From Alloascoidea hylecoeti (Eukaryota), in the NCBI GenBank assembly GCA_001600815.1, contig BCKZ01000016.1, positions 547,077 through 611,076 of the forward strand: a DNA stretch of 64,000 nt, given 5' to 3'. How positions within the stretch are numbered: the stretch's first letter is position 1; every line of letters starts with the position of its first letter. The notes beneath the pieces were generated by a model. That model saw nothing but the letters and a program-made list of their open reading frames with translations, did not search any database and had not been told where the DNA came from. Shown piece by piece: positions 43,460-55,451 of this stretch. The translations under genes were made by a program, and so were the position numbers.

Positions 43460-46078
43460 ATGGTCAACAAACCCAAAGCCCGCAAAAGAACTCCCGTGTC
43501 TTGTCACGTTTGCCGTAAGAGAAAGGTCAAATGCGATAAAGGAAAGCCTACTTGCTCCAATTGTGAAAGGCTTGGGGTTAGTAATCTTTGCAAGTATGAT
43601 GAACCCACTTGGGCTGTTGGGCCTTCACCAGAAGACCAGCTTAAAGAGGAAAATGTTAAACTACGAGATAGACTACAACAGCTGGAGACAGAGCTAAAAT
43701 CGGAACTCACTTCAGATCCCTCCACATCTTCTGTGTCTGCTTCTATGACTGCTTCTGTATCCTCTGGAAGTGCGAGATCTTTGACCGGCACCGAACCTCA
43801 ATCCACACCCACATACAATGATGATAAAAATGATCCGGTAATCGACTTGACTACAAAATTCCAGGCTCTGAATGTCAAGAAAGAGTTCACAACTCATTTT
43901 GGTGCAACAAGTAGGCTTTCATTAATTCTTAATGATCCAGTTCTAACACAAGTTTACCAAGTGCTGGCGGATGTTAAGAGTACTTCAAACACTAAAAGCC
44001 TTAACTCTCAAAGGAATGAGGGTTATATTGCAAGAGGAACTGATGTATATAAGCCTCGCGGCGTTGCTGACTTATTTATTGTAAGAAATGCTACAAATCT
44101 TATTGCTAGAGTTGAATCATCAATCCCCACAAAGTACATATGCGATATTTTATTTGATCACTTCTGGGGTTACGTACACACTATTTGGCCTGTGGTGGAT
44201 AAAAACACTTTCTTGAGTGATTTCGATCAAATCATAACAATGGACAACAGCGGCCGGTATAGACTTAATATGAAAGGCAAAATGACCTCTTACGTTACCC
44301 TTGCCATATTTCTAATTATTTTACGTCTTTCTTATGTCACATTACCATATATTGGCTATAATGCACAGGAGGTAGTATCTGAGCCAAGATATCGAATGTA
44401 TCAACCATTGGTTGAGATGAATATTCAGATTGGCCCAGAATTTGTTGATCTTTCAAAGGAATCGCTTTCAAATACAAGGGTTTTGCGAAAGGGGACTTTT
44501 CCGACACTACAATATCTAATATATCTAAGAATATATCATCTGTTAGCCCCTGAGGATGAAGATGGAGTTGATGTAGAGGATAGTACTATTCTTCTTGGTT
44601 GTATATCACAAATGGCTATAACGTTAGGATGTCACAGGGATCCAGATATGTTTCCACAAATCAAAAACGAGCGTTTCAAATTTATATGGCGATCATTGTG
44701 GCATATGATTTTAGTTGGTGATGCATTTCAATCTACAAATTTGGGTAGACCACTGGTTGTGAATAGTATTTTTTATGACACAAAACCGCCATGTTTGTTC
44801 CCAGGTGTTGAGAATAATCCTGTGTATGTGTCCGAGGTTGAATACTTTAAACTGCATTATGAAATTACACTACTGATCCGGGAAGGAGCTGAGCTTTTGA
44901 TGAATCTCAAAGTACTTCCAAGACGTTCAAAACTTGAAAATCATGCACGTAAAATGGTTCAATTTACGATTGACAATTCTCTTAAGTTTGAGGATTTGCT
45001 AGTTTATACTCCTCCTGATCAAAAAACCCTTAGATCTAGAAGAATCCGTTTCATGCAAATGAAATTATTTCTTCTCAACCAAATTTATTTTACCTATTAC
45101 ATATTATACCTCAATTGTGGACCTGATGAACTTGAGTTGAGTCACAGTTACTTGAGACATGCTACAAGTGCAGCGTTGATTATATTTAGTGGGTCAATTG
45201 GTTTCTTGGAGAAGGGGGAAGAATACTTTGGGAACGAAACTGTATCGTTGATTGTCCCTATGGTGTTGAGGATAACACAGAGAGCATCACAGCTTGTAAT
45301 TTCCATCCTAATACGGAGTAGATCTGAAAAATACCGAGCAACAGTTCCTAATCTAGATTTTCTATATAAAAGATCATATTTCATGGATCAATTACCAGTT
45401 TCAGATGAAGCTATAAAAGCTGCTGAAACCCCGTTGATGTATTATGTTAGGCAATTCTATGATGCTTCCAAAATTTTTTCTCAAACATTTTCTCATTCAT
45501 GGAAGATGACTCATGTTCTATGGATATTGATTGGTATTGTTGAAAAGGGGTTGGAAAAGGAGAAACTTAGGCGTTCGTCAGAAACTTCAATACAAGTATA
45601 TCAACCTCAACAAATGCAACAACAGAGTCAGAGCTCTATAATGCCCCAACCATTCTTTTCTAGCTCGAGTCAATTATCGCAAGCTGTTCCTTCAACCTCC
45701 CGTTCTATTTATTTGTCTGATGTAAGCAATATTCAAATGGACTGGAGGCAACAACAACAAAGTCTAATACCACAACAATCTTACCAATCACAACTACAAC
45801 CAAGCTCTTCTATGATCCCAATAATGGGGACAGACAACCCACAGTCTATTGTATCAAATGAACAGCAGCAATTGGATTTCAATACATTTTTTGGGGATGA
45901 TTCGGCCTTTTGGGGGGATATACAAACTGAGCTTCAACTTTCGACGCTTTTATCACCGTCTGGCACGGGGACTGTTACAGATTTACTTAATGAACCATCA
46001 ATGAATAGTGCTCAATTGTTTCCAGATCAGACCGATTTGAGGTTTTTTGGTGATAAACTAAATAGTAACACGTTCTAA
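43460..46078 (+). CDS. Zn2Cys6 transcription factor, Mrr1/Hap1-like (copy C), intronless
   Basis: SCHVCRKRKVKCDKGKPTCSNCERLGVSNLCKY and LAPEDEDGVDVEDS...GCHRDP. Confidence 0.92.
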   Translation: MVNKPKARKRTPVSCHVCRKRKVKCDKGKPTCSNCERLGVSNLCKYDEPTWAVGPSPEDQLKEENVKLRDRLQQLETELKSELTSDPSTSSVSASMTASVSSGSARSLTGTEPQSTPTYNDDKNDPVIDLTTKFQALNVKKEFTTHFGATSRLSLILNDPVLTQVYQVLADVKSTSNTKSLNSQRNEGYIARGTDVYKPRGVADLFIVRNATNLIARVESSIPTKYICDILFDHFWGYVHTIWPVVDKNTFLSDFDQIITMDNSGRYRLNMKGKMTSYVTLAIFLIILRLSYVTLPYIGYNAQEVVSEPRYRMYQPLVEMNIQIGPEFVDLSKESLSNTRVLRKGTFPTLQYLIYLRIYHLLAPEDEDGVDVEDSTILLGCISQMAITLGCHRDPDMFPQIKNERFKFIWRSLWHMILVGDAFQSTNLGRPLVVNSIFYDTKPPCLFPGVENNPVYVSEVEYFKLHYEITLLIREGAELLMNLKVLPRRSKLENHARKMVQFTIDNSLKFEDLLVYTPPDQKTLRSRRIRFMQMKLFLLNQIYFTYYILYLNCGPDELELSHSYLRHATSAALIIFSGSIGFLEKGEEYFGNETVSLIVPMVLRITQRASQLVISILIRSRSEKYRATVPNLDFLYKRSYFMDQLPVSDEAIKAAETPLMYYVRQFYDASKIFSQTFSHSWKMTHVLWILIGIVEKGLEKEKLRRSSETSIQVYQPQQMQQQSQSSIMPQPFFSSSSQLSQAVPSTSRSIYLSDVSNIQMDWRQQQQSLIPQQSYQSQLQPSSSMIPIMGTDNPQSIVSNEQQQLDFNTFFGDDSAFWGDIQTELQLSTLLSPSGTGTVTDLLNEPSMNSAQLFPDQTDLRFFGDKLNSNTF

Positions 46079-46268
46079 AGTGATACATAATAAATGAATT
46101 TGAATATTCTACTCCTAATTATATTAGACATTATAAGTATACACACAATATATTCTAAAATGAATCTGTAAACGTAGAAATAATTTCAATCATATACATT
46201 TACAGAGAATAAGTTATAAACTCATAATTTAGCTAGTATAATCAACGAAACTTATAAAACAAAAATGT

Positions 46269-46898
46269 TTACAATTCGTCCTTGACAGCTTCAGTCTCGA
46301 CCTTAATCTCACCAGAATCGGCAATGACAATATTAACCTTTGGTTTATCGCCATATCCAGTCTTCGTGTTCTCAATTTTCTGAACAACATCATAGCCTTC
46401 AATGACTTGACCAAAAACAACGTGCTTTCCATCTAACCATGAAGTAAGAGAAGTAGTGAGAAAAAATTGAGAGCCATTGGTGTCTTTACCAGCATTAGCC
46501 ATGCTTAATCTTCCAAGTCTATCGTGCTTCAAAATGAAATTCTCATCAGGAAATTTACCACCCCCATAGATAGATTTTCCACCACGACCATTACCAAGAG
46601 TGAAATCACCTCCCTGAATCATAAAGTTTTTAATGACTCTATGGAAACTAGATCCTTTATAACCATTTTTTGGCTCATGATTAAGGGTCAATTGATAGAA
46701 GTTCTCGACAGTTTTGGGGACAACGGTGCCAAACAGACCAATAACAATACGGCCTAAATCCTCATCACCTTGCTTGATGTCAAAGTAAACTTTATGAGTG
46801 ATTGGGGGATCTGCTGGCAATTCTGCAGCAGAAGTATTACGGAAATATAATGAAAAGGCTAAAACAAGGGAAAAAATCAGTGAAAAGAGCTTCATCAT
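46269..46898 (-). CDS. CPR5: ER cyclophilin B (peptidyl-prolyl isomerase)
   Basis: Signal peptide, [40 protein letters not shown] and C-terminal KDEL. Confidence 0.93.
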   Translation of the reverse strand: MMKLFSLIFSLVLAFSLYFRNTSAAELPADPPITHKVYFDIKQGDEDLGRIVIGLFGTVVPKTVENFYQLTLNHEPKNGYKGSSFHRVIKNFMIQGGDFTLGNGRGGKSIYGGGKFPDENFILKHDRLGRLSMANAGKDTNGSQFFLTTSLTSWLDGKHVVFGQVIEGYDVVQKIENTKTGYGDKPKVNIVIADSGEIKVETEAVKDEL

Positions 46899-47049
46899 TG
46901 AGTTTTCAGAATGGTGTTGTGTTCTTAGAAACTTCTTACACGTATAAATTCATGAAATCAAAGGAAACTGAAAAATGTCCGGGTAATATTTCGCTTAGAA
47001 TTTTCTCCGAATAGCAAACAGCAACAGTTTATTGTATCTTCGCAATAAA

Positions 47050-47542
47050 ATGTCTTTCCTGGCTAGGCGTTCCCTAACCTTCGGTTATATACGGAGTATA
47101 CCTCTTTTATTCCATAACACTACTCCTGCAAGCTTTCAATGCCGAAATCTACATCAGAATCTTAAAGTGGTTCCAGATCCAACAACTGAAGTTCCTGATG
47201 TCCCAACATTCCTGGAAAAGATTGGAAGGGGTTGTAAAGGACATGCCGATGTCTTTGAAAACTGGGAAAGCCTTTTTACGTTAAGTTCAGCTGAATTGAA
47301 GGAAAAGGGAATAGAAACACACATGAGAAGGTAAGAATATATTCAGACATGGCCTAGGTTTTATATTAACTTTTATATTATCATTATGCAGATATATTTT
47401 GAATTGGAGAAATAAATTTAGACATGGAGAAAATCTAATAGAAATCAAACAAGGCAAAAAATCGTACTTTGGCACTGAAAGAAGGCGAAGAGAAACAAAG
47501 GCAAAGATGAGATATGATGCTTATAAAGCCAGTCAAAATTAA
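47050..47542 (+). CDS. FYV4: Mitochondrial ribosomal protein mS41, intron 47331-47391
   Basis: IGR-motif domain VPDVPTFLEKIGRGC...LSSAELKEKGI. A GTAAGA...TATTAAC...CAG intron joins RR to YILNWRNKFR...GKKSYFGTERRR. Confidence 0.9.
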
Positions 47543-47706
47543 ATAAAATCGAATAAAACAAAATAGTGCTATGCAATCTTACAATGTATATATTATAGCG
47601 CCAATAAAAGATCTTGAAAGGATACGAAATTTTATGATCATATAATTATAAATAAACATTGTAGACATCTATGGATTTACAGAAGTAATCGTCAATTACA
47701 AATAGT

Positions 47707-48297
47707 TTAAACATTGGCTTTTCCAAAGTACTCTAATGAATCTTTTGGGGTCGCTTTAATTGTGTTTGACCCTTTCTGCCAATTAGCAGGGCAAACCTCT
47801 CCATATTTCTCAGTAAATTGAAAAGCTTCAACCAAACGAAGTGACTCTTCAACATTTCTTCCAACAGGCAAATCATTAACAGTAATCTGTCTTAAAACTC
47901 CGTTTGGATCGATTAAAAATATACCCCTAAGAGCAATTCCTTCTTCTTCAATCAGCACGCCATAATCTCTTGAAAGCGAGTGATTGGTATCAGCAACAAG
48001 AGGAATATTGATCTTTCCTAAACCTCCTTGTGCCCTCTCAATGTTGGTCCAGGCTAATAAGGAATATTCGGAGTCTGTAGAAGCAAATAATACTTCAGTA
48101 TCAATATCCTTAAACTTCTTGACAGCATCAGAATAAGCAATGATTTCAGTTGGACAAACAAAGGTAAAAGCTAAAGGAATAAAAGCCAAGAGGAGCCATT
48201 TGCCTTTGTAACTATCTAAAGATACTTCTTCAAATAGCCCATCAATGACGGCAGTTTTCTTAAAAGCAGGAGCGGGTTTTTGGATTATGGCTACCAT
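47707..48297 (-). CDS. TSA1: 2-Cys peroxiredoxin
   Basis: [10 protein letters not shown] and GEVCPANW. Start [10 protein letters not shown] at 48297. Confidence 0.96.
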   Translation of the reverse strand: MVAIIQKPAPAFKKTAVIDGLFEEVSLDSYKGKWLLLAFIPLAFTFVCPTEIIAYSDAVKKFKDIDTEVLFASTDSEYSLLAWTNIERAQGGLGKINIPLVADTNHSLSRDYGVLIEEEGIALRGIFLIDPNGVLRQITVNDLPVGRNVEESLRLVEAFQFTEKYGEVCPANWQKGSNTIKATPKDSLEYFGKANV

Positions 48298-48503
48298 TGT
48301 ATATTTTTGAAGATATACTTGTAAGTAATCAGATCTGAGGAGATGGAATTTGCTCACTTTTTATAGTTATTCCTTACATGTGGCTAACACTAGATTGCTA
48401 CTGCTCAAATATGTTTACAAGCGTGGATTATCAAATTTGAGTTTGTTACTATTATTGACTTTTCATTTTCCGGTAACAGTTACCAATTAATTATGTATCT
48501 TGT

Positions 48504-50291
48504 TTAATTCATTCGCCGTTGCACTTCCATTCTACGAGCAAGTTCCTGTTTATAATCATCATAGTATCCAGGAACCATGGTGGCGAAAAATAAAAATGCA
48601 TCTCTTCCCAAAGTTTTCCACAAACTTTCTTCTATTTGTTCATCTCCTTGAACTGGTTCATTGTTATCAGTTGGAGCGCCCCCATTTATTTCCTCACTTT
48701 GATCCAGATTCCGATCTATTTCATTGTAGTTGTCTTGGTTCCCAATTCCTACCTCGTTTTCTTCGTTTTCATTTTCATTTTCATTTCCGTTTTCTTGAAT
48801 CTCAGCTACATTATCTTCCACTTCACGAGGTTGAAATCTAGGTCCTATTCCAAATGCGACAAGAAAATTAGCAATTCTAATAGATGAAGTTCTAATATAA
48901 TCAGTTAATTCCATATAATGCCTCATAAAACCAAGTCTTCCTCTCTCATTCCCTGCGATGTTAGCTCTTATTCTCGCCTCAAGGAAAGTGAAAATATTCA
49001 GTTGCCATAGACCAATTACAATTATTGAAGTGATAATTCCAAAATATTGAGTATAACCCATTGATCTTGGATCTAATTCCAATGATAGGAATAGAATCAA
49101 CGTAGATATTCTAAATAAGCCCCAAATTAACCCACCTTGTCTTCCAAACCATTCTCTTAGTTCACGTTGTCTTGCAATTAGATTATCCCAATTTATAACT
49201 CTATTATTTTGTGGTGGTTGATTATTATTAGTTTGAGGAGGCACTTGTAGGAAGTTCTGTTGATTAAGAAATGGATGGTTCCCAATTCGGTAAAGACGTC
49301 GTAATACAACCTCAGTATTTCGAGGAAGTGAACTACCGTTACCATTATTTCCGATAATATCTATTGGCCCATTAGTGGCTCGGCTTTCATGTACAAGATT
49401 TGATGGTTGAACATTTACTCCATTTTGTTTTAAAGCCGCAATACCGGAAGGAGATAGCAGCACAATTGGTTTAGAAGGACCATTTTTATAAAAATGGATT
49501 TGACTTGATGATAGAATAATCGTTTTATGTTTTATTTCATCGTTATCATCTGACTCTTTGATAGGAAGTTTAATATGGATAGTACGAGTGCCCAATTTGT
49601 TTTGTTTAACAAGAAACTTTTGACCATCAATTTCAACCAGATCATAAGAAACACCTAAATGTGTAACAATTTCATCTTTAGACTTTATATCAAAAGGAAC
49701 ATTACTGTTAGTAAGGAGTTGAGGGATAGTATGCACTGGACGGTTGTCATCTGGTATTGGTATTTCTAATGGGGTAGTTGCGTTTGGATCCAGCTCATGA
49801 TGGGCTGGCAGACTTGTATCATGAACTATCTCATCGTTCGTTTCATCAGTTGCCTGCATTGGTTCGGTCACAACATGGGAGTTTGATCGATTGAAAAAGG
49901 ACCTAAAGCTTGTAGACTGCTGAGCTTGAGGAGATTCTTTATAATCAATGGGTTTGATAACAACAATAAATGATATTACATAATTCGGTAGCGTATCGGT
50001 TTTTAACACCTGTTTTAACGTGTCCTCATCTTCAAGTTGTTGACCACTATAAATAATTCTTTGACGATCCAAAGAAGGGGCATTCTGTTTACATCTAAAC
50101 CTATCTCTAACAGTCTCTTTGATTTGCCTTATCGTTGTATCGAAATTAACGTTTAGTATATTAGAGTCGATATCCAATGGGACAGGTGATTGTAGTCTTA
50201 GTTCAAAGTGCGAGGGAACGTCTTCTGGGACTTCAAGAGGAGGAGGTGAATCAATTTGAGGATCAGCCTGAGGATCAACAGAGTCCGACAT
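48504..50291 (-). CDS. USA1: Usa1-like ERAD scaffold (ubiquitin-like domain plus TM segments)
   Basis: UBL TTIRQIKETV...RQRIIYSGQQLED, two TM helices, C-terminal DAFLFFATMVPG. Adjacent to TSA1, as in S. cerevisiae. Confidence 0.75.
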   Translation of the reverse strand: MSDSVDPQADPQIDSPPPLEVPEDVPSHFELRLQSPVPLDIDSNILNVNFDTTIRQIKETVRDRFRCKQNAPSLDRQRIIYSGQQLEDEDTLKQVLKTDTLPNYVISFIVVIKPIDYKESPQAQQSTSFRSFFNRSNSHVVTEPMQATDETNDEIVHDTSLPAHHELDPNATTPLEIPIPDDNRPVHTIPQLLTNSNVPFDIKSKDEIVTHLGVSYDLVEIDGQKFLVKQNKLGTRTIHIKLPIKESDDNDEIKHKTIILSSSQIHFYKNGPSKPIVLLSPSGIAALKQNGVNVQPSNLVHESRATNGPIDIIGNNGNGSSLPRNTEVVLRRLYRIGNHPFLNQQNFLQVPPQTNNNQPPQNNRVINWDNLIARQRELREWFGRQGGLIWGLFRISTLILFLSLELDPRSMGYTQYFGIITSIIVIGLWQLNIFTFLEARIRANIAGNERGRLGFMRHYMELTDYIRTSSIRIANFLVAFGIGPRFQPREVEDNVAEIQENGNENENENEENEVGIGNQDNYNEIDRNLDQSEEINGGAPTDNNEPVQGDEQIEESLWKTLGRDAFLFFATMVPGYYDDYKQELARRMEVQRRMN

Positions 50292-50545
50292 TTTTATCCA
50301 AAAACAAACCAAAAAGTATATAAATGATGAAGAAAGGATTCCGGGATAAGCCTCAATGTAACAATACGTTGATATGCCCATGCTCAGATTTACTGCGGAC
50401 CTCTTATACCCATTTCACAATTAATTTTCGACTTTATTTGCTAGACAAACTCGAAGAAAAAGGGCTATTTTCCTTTGTTTGATTGTACTGTTTATAACAA
50501 CCGTTTATAAAGGGAAGTAAAGTGCAAATTAAGTCTGCCCTTATC

Positions 50546-51883
50546 ATGATATCGACAGGTTTAACCACTCGTTTGTTGTCATTAAGGATTGGGTCTGGTT
50601 CTAAACTTTTAGCATCATGCCATCATCATGATTGTTTAAAATTTAAAACCAGGAGTACCAATGGAATGATTCAAAAACGACAGATCATGGGGTTTATCAG
50701 AAATACTTTGGGGTTAGATCCACCATCTTCGCCTGATGATCCAACACCGGAAAACCGATTTCATCCTTGGGACACATCTCCATCACAAGATTTAAGGACT
50801 CGTGCTGCTTTTATTAAAGCAAAAGCTAAATGTCCTGTTACTGGGAAAGAAATTAACTATACCTGCCCATTATCTGGTATTCCAACACATCATTCAAGAG
50901 AAGCGTGGGAAGCAGATGAAAACTATCATAAGAATAAAGTATGGGAAAAATTGAAAAAAGTTAATATTTATGAACATGATTTGAGAAGTGGTAGACCGTT
51001 TCCTGAATTTGATTTCCCTGCTGATCAGGATAGTGATCGAGTACTTAATTTTACGAACTGGGATACATTTTTATATACAAGACTGTTTTATAGTATGGAC
51101 ACTGAATTTCAATTGGCGGCAGTTACTAAAATGCTAAGTTATCCAATTACAATTGGTAGTGTTTTGCATGACTTTTCACCATATCGTTTAAAACCTCGTG
51201 GTCCAATTACCTTAGAAGGACTTAAGTCTCTTGCAGCATTGAGATATACTTTATATCCAAATGAAAAGGGTACAATTTTTCAAGAAAGACCAATTAGAAT
51301 TTTTATACTAGGAGCACGATCAGAATCATTATTACCGTCACATGTCTGGAAACAATTGGGATATCTATTTCCTAAATCTAATTTCCAAATTCATTTTATC
51401 GGCCCAGAATGTTTATATGATCAAGAAAAGGGACAATATACTTATAATAGCGGTCAATTGATTAGAAGGGTTGATAGCAGAATGTCATTTGTTTATCACA
51501 CGGAATATTTCCATGTTCTTCACGAATCTCAAGATTTCTTCCCGTATGATCCATATTTAGATGTTTTCTTTTTATTCCACCCAGGTTTAGGAGCTCCAGA
51601 AGCGATGGATCAATGGGAAAAGACAATGCCGGGATTATTAGATAGTAAATGTGGTATATTTGTTACCGGATTACACGAATCAGATAACAAAAGGGACTGG
51701 GACTGGTTAATGAATAAGTATGAAGATAAACTCGATGTTTTGTTTGAAAGAAGCCCAAATAAGTTTGGGAGTTTGAAATGGGAGTTGAATGATTTCAACC
51801 CAAGCGAGGTTTTCCAGACCAATCAACAAATCTTTGGATTCAGAGGAAAGAGATATCATGCGGTTCACCAAGGAGACGCATAG
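50546..51883 (+). CDS. MSS51: COX1 translational activator / assembly factor
   Basis: PTPENRFHPWDTSP, CPVTG, CPLSGIPTHHS, YEHDLRSGRPFPEFDFP. Confidence 0.96.
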   Translation: MISTGLTTRLLSLRIGSGSKLLASCHHHDCLKFKTRSTNGMIQKRQIMGFIRNTLGLDPPSSPDDPTPENRFHPWDTSPSQDLRTRAAFIKAKAKCPVTGKEINYTCPLSGIPTHHSREAWEADENYHKNKVWEKLKKVNIYEHDLRSGRPFPEFDFPADQDSDRVLNFTNWDTFLYTRLFYSMDTEFQLAAVTKMLSYPITIGSVLHDFSPYRLKPRGPITLEGLKSLAALRYTLYPNEKGTIFQERPIRIFILGARSESLLPSHVWKQLGYLFPKSNFQIHFIGPECLYDQEKGQYTYNSGQLIRRVDSRMSFVYHTEYFHVLHESQDFFPYDPYLDVFFLFHPGLGAPEAMDQWEKTMPGLLDSKCGIFVTGLHESDNKRDWDWLMNKYEDKLDVLFERSPNKFGSLKWELNDFNPSEVFQTNQQIFGFRGKRYHAVHQGDA

Positions 51884-52158
51884 AATTGGATTCTTTTACT
51901 TACTCACCCCAGATTACTGTAATTAGTTGCTACGTGGAAGAATACAAATTAAGTTAGAAATTCAATTTCTGTTCCTGTGCACATGACCTTGCACGTGAGC
52001 GAGGATCTGCTGTCACGCAGCGATGTACATTGCATGCGCATATGCACCGAACACATGCACGTCTGCATATATAGAAATTCTTTTGGTTTCGGTCTGCTAG
52101 CTAAAATTTATTAATATTCTGTGTTTCTTCCGTCTCCTTCAGCAAATCCCCAATTTTC

Positions 52159-54280
52159 ATGTCCAAGGCCACCCACCAGTCCACCCCGAACCCCGCCCAG
52201 CACCCACAGCTACCCTCGCCAGCCCGGAGTGCCCTCCACACCGAGCCTGACGCTCCAAAACTGGCCAAGCCAGCGAATCTCGCCAAATTAGTCCCCATGG
52301 CCACGGGCCCGGGTGGTCTCAAAAGCAGTAACACGGTTTTTATACACAAACTATACAAGTATGTTTGTTATCTTGAGAACGTTATCGATACACTTTCATT
52401 CGCTGACACGTTTTTAGCATGCTGGAGGACTCCTCCATTTCACATCTTATATGGTGGACGGAATCTCAAGACTCCTTTGCAATCAGTCCAGGTGAAGAAT
52501 TTTCCAAAGTATTAAGGTGAGCAAGCGGTATACAGACAAATAACCACTTTCAATTCTTGGAGCGAGTTTGAAGCAAATTTTGAAAACGAAGCTAACTGAT
52601 ATATATAGTCAATACTTCAAACACACGAATGTCGCCTCGTTTGTGCGCCAACTAAACATGTATGGGTTCCATAAAGTCAATGATACCGCTTATTACCCAA
52701 ATCCCACATCCTCAACAGAAAACAACACTCAGTGGGAGTTTCGACATAGTCAAGGCACTTTCAAAAGAGGAGATATTGAGTCTTTAAAAACAATAAGAAG
52801 ACGTTCTTCTAAAAATTGTCAGAAACATGAAAATTTGAGATCTTCAGTTCCAACCGAATACACTACTCCATACCATATTCCACAAGATATTGAAGAACAA
52901 CAAACACATGGAATTTACGACCCTCCGTATAGATATGATCCCCGAATGGATCCTCGCATGGATCCTCGCATGGACCCTCGCACGGACCCTCGCATGGACC
53001 CTCGCATTTCACAGGATTTTGGAGACTTTGATCTCAGATTATCAGCACTTGGACAGAATCTAATGGGCCTCAGGGAAGATTACGTTCGTTTACAAATGAA
53101 ATACGACGCGGCAGTGGAGGAGTTGAAGAGCACAAACCTTGACATGGCGCAGCTGCTGGAAATTACTCAACGAATGGCGCAGTACTCCCAACATCAATCT
53201 CAGGTACCTCAGGTTTCTCAGGCCCCTCAACCGATTTCTAGATCCTCAACGCCCGTGGCCACACCCGCACCCGCAGTGCACGAGACTCGACAGGTTTTGG
53301 AAGGAGAACTAGTCAAAATCAAAAACAGAATTCTTCAAAGAACACTTCGTAAGGAACCAATAGAATCGACGGTTAGCAGTTTACCGTTTTATGCTGCAAC
53401 GCAAAACGGTGTTACCCCAACGTTCCCCGGCCCCGATCCGGGCTCCGGAGGCCCCGACCCGGGGATGAATCCAATGCGCTCACCAGGGATGTCAGGGATG
53501 CCAATAATCGCTCCCAATTCAAACCCTCCCTCAAATGTCGCCAATCACTTCAAACTCAAGTTCGGGTCCACTTCTTCCAAAGGTCGGGCATATTCTGTTC
53601 TATGCGATCCGTTGGCTCCAGGTCCCAATTCTGGTCCTAACCCTACTTCTAATCCTACTTCCAACCCTGGTCTACAGCAATTCCCTCCCGGAGCTTTATC
53701 AACTCCCGCATCGTCGGCCAATTCAAGTGCTAGAAATAGTATCATGTCATCGTTTTCTTCAAATCCTGGTTCAATTTCGGGTCCCGATCCTTCACAATTT
53801 TACCTTCCCCAATTTACGTTTGGGTCTCAACCATCATCTAATCCTTTTGCATCTCCTTATCCAACGTCAAATCCAATGACAGCTTCTACTTCAAATATGA
53901 ATAAACAAACAATACCTTTACCTTATCAACAGAATTCGCGGGCTTTGAGACCTAATTCGTTACCTATGGGCTCTTTAACTCCAGATACATCAACTTTACA
54001 GAGAGTACGTAATGGTAGTTTTGCCCAGGAAGATAGATCATTAGCAACTATGAATAAAAGACGTCATACTTCAAATGATGTTTTACAACAACAACAATAT
54101 GAATCTTCATTAAGAAATGGGGGAACATATAATATTAGACATCAAATTAAATCAGAATCATTTTCTGGAGGTACATCAAGTTTAATTAAAAGAACTAATT
54201 CAAATACAAGTATAAGGAGTGATATGAGTTCAAATTCTCAAGTTGGTAGTGTTCAAGCTTTATTAAACCCTTCTGATTAA
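52159..54280 (+). CDS. SFL1: HSF-domain transcription factor, introns 52359-52417 and 52517-52608
   Basis: Splicing restores FIHKLYNMLED...HLIWW...[31 protein letters not shown]. The order SFL1-ARP8-LSC1 matches S. cerevisiae YOR140W-YOR141C-YOR142W. Confidence 0.85.
52936..53006 (+). repeat. 12-bp coding minisatellite encoding (DPRM/T)n in SFL1
   Basis: About six GA(T/C)CC(T/C)CG(C/A)A(T/C)G units. Confidence 0.9.
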
Positions 54281-55451
54281 TAATTGTTTATTAGATTTTA
54301 TCTTCAAATCTTCATATCTTATTTATATTATATCATATCTTATTATCTGCATTATCTTGTTTAACTAGTATGTTTATTGAACTTTCTATGTTTTGAAGAC
54401 TCGTCATTATTCTGTTAACCTATTTTGCACGTTATGAACACCATTTCAGTTCTTTTTTCGTTCTTCTATTCTATTCCTCTTTTGTTCGAGGCAGATGTTT
54501 AAATGAAGATGACATTAATCATTTTACTTTTTGTATACACCAGAGCACAAAAAAAAAAAAAAAACACAAACTTATATATATCATTATTCATTATTACCAT
54601 TTATCTTATATAAACTCTTTCATGATATATAATCCACTCATTCAAGATTCATTGAAATTCTTTCAAAATCATTTGTTTATTCTTTAGCATCTATTAGTTT
54701 TTTAATATTTATTATACTCTTTCTTTTTCGTGGATTAGAATATTAATACTTGGAATGTTTAGCTAATATTTGGATGATTGCATGATATAGAGTTGTAGAT
54801 CAATTATCTCTATTTATATTGAAATGATCATCCTTTCATATCCAAATTTAAAGGTTTTGATCGATCACGATTCACGATGGTTGCCTATCAAATCTTATTT
54901 CAGCGTGATAAGTGTGTGATTGAATGGATTAATCCAATTTTATATAATATTTTCATTTTTCCAAATTAGGTTTAAGGTAAGCCTGGAATTTAATTTCTTC
55001 GGATGCAGATGTTCGGTCATGTGAAGATCAGCAGATTGAAAACGGCCCGCGTCTTCGCTTCTCACTATTTGTGTCAAATTCAAATTTATAGTATTGTTTG
55101 TGCCTTATATTATAATTTCCATTTCTACTATACTACGACTGTATGGCATCGTTAAGAAACTTTAACCAATAAGCGTAAACTACAAGTAGCATGCCTACAA
55201 ATGGTTAACAAAATATTTAAATTCTGGAGCCATAGTTGTATTTATGCGTAGTAGCTATATGACATGTACCGATTTGGTCAAAATAGGACTATTATTAAAT
55301 TATATTATATAAACGCTATTAGGTTCTTTGCAATATGAAATTTGTAGAATTATACCGTATATTACAATTTCAAGTGTGTGATTGTGATTGCCAAATTAAA
55401 TCAAATCAAATTAAATTAAATTAAATTAAATTCAAGTTTTAATTTTATTTC

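Noticed and set aside
37003..46078. Calling the zinc-cluster genes RSC3/RSC30 because those genes neighbour CPR5/CPR2 in S. cerevisiae
   Set aside because: The zinc-cluster and middle-region motifs look Mrr1/Hap1-like, and the orientation relative to the cyclophilin differs. A phylogeny is needed.
48298..48357. N-terminal extensions in the ORF track for TSA1 (likewise STE12, USA1, MSS51, AYR1, LSC1 and the syntaxin)
   Set aside because: They start at non-ATG codons or at upstream ATGs giving UTR-like sequence. The downstream ATGs fit the expected protein starts better.
54281..55451. Point centromere in the AT trough between SFL1 and ARP8
   Set aside because: No CDEI-CDEII-CDEIII arrangement seen. 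The trough is narrow and fits convergent gene ends.
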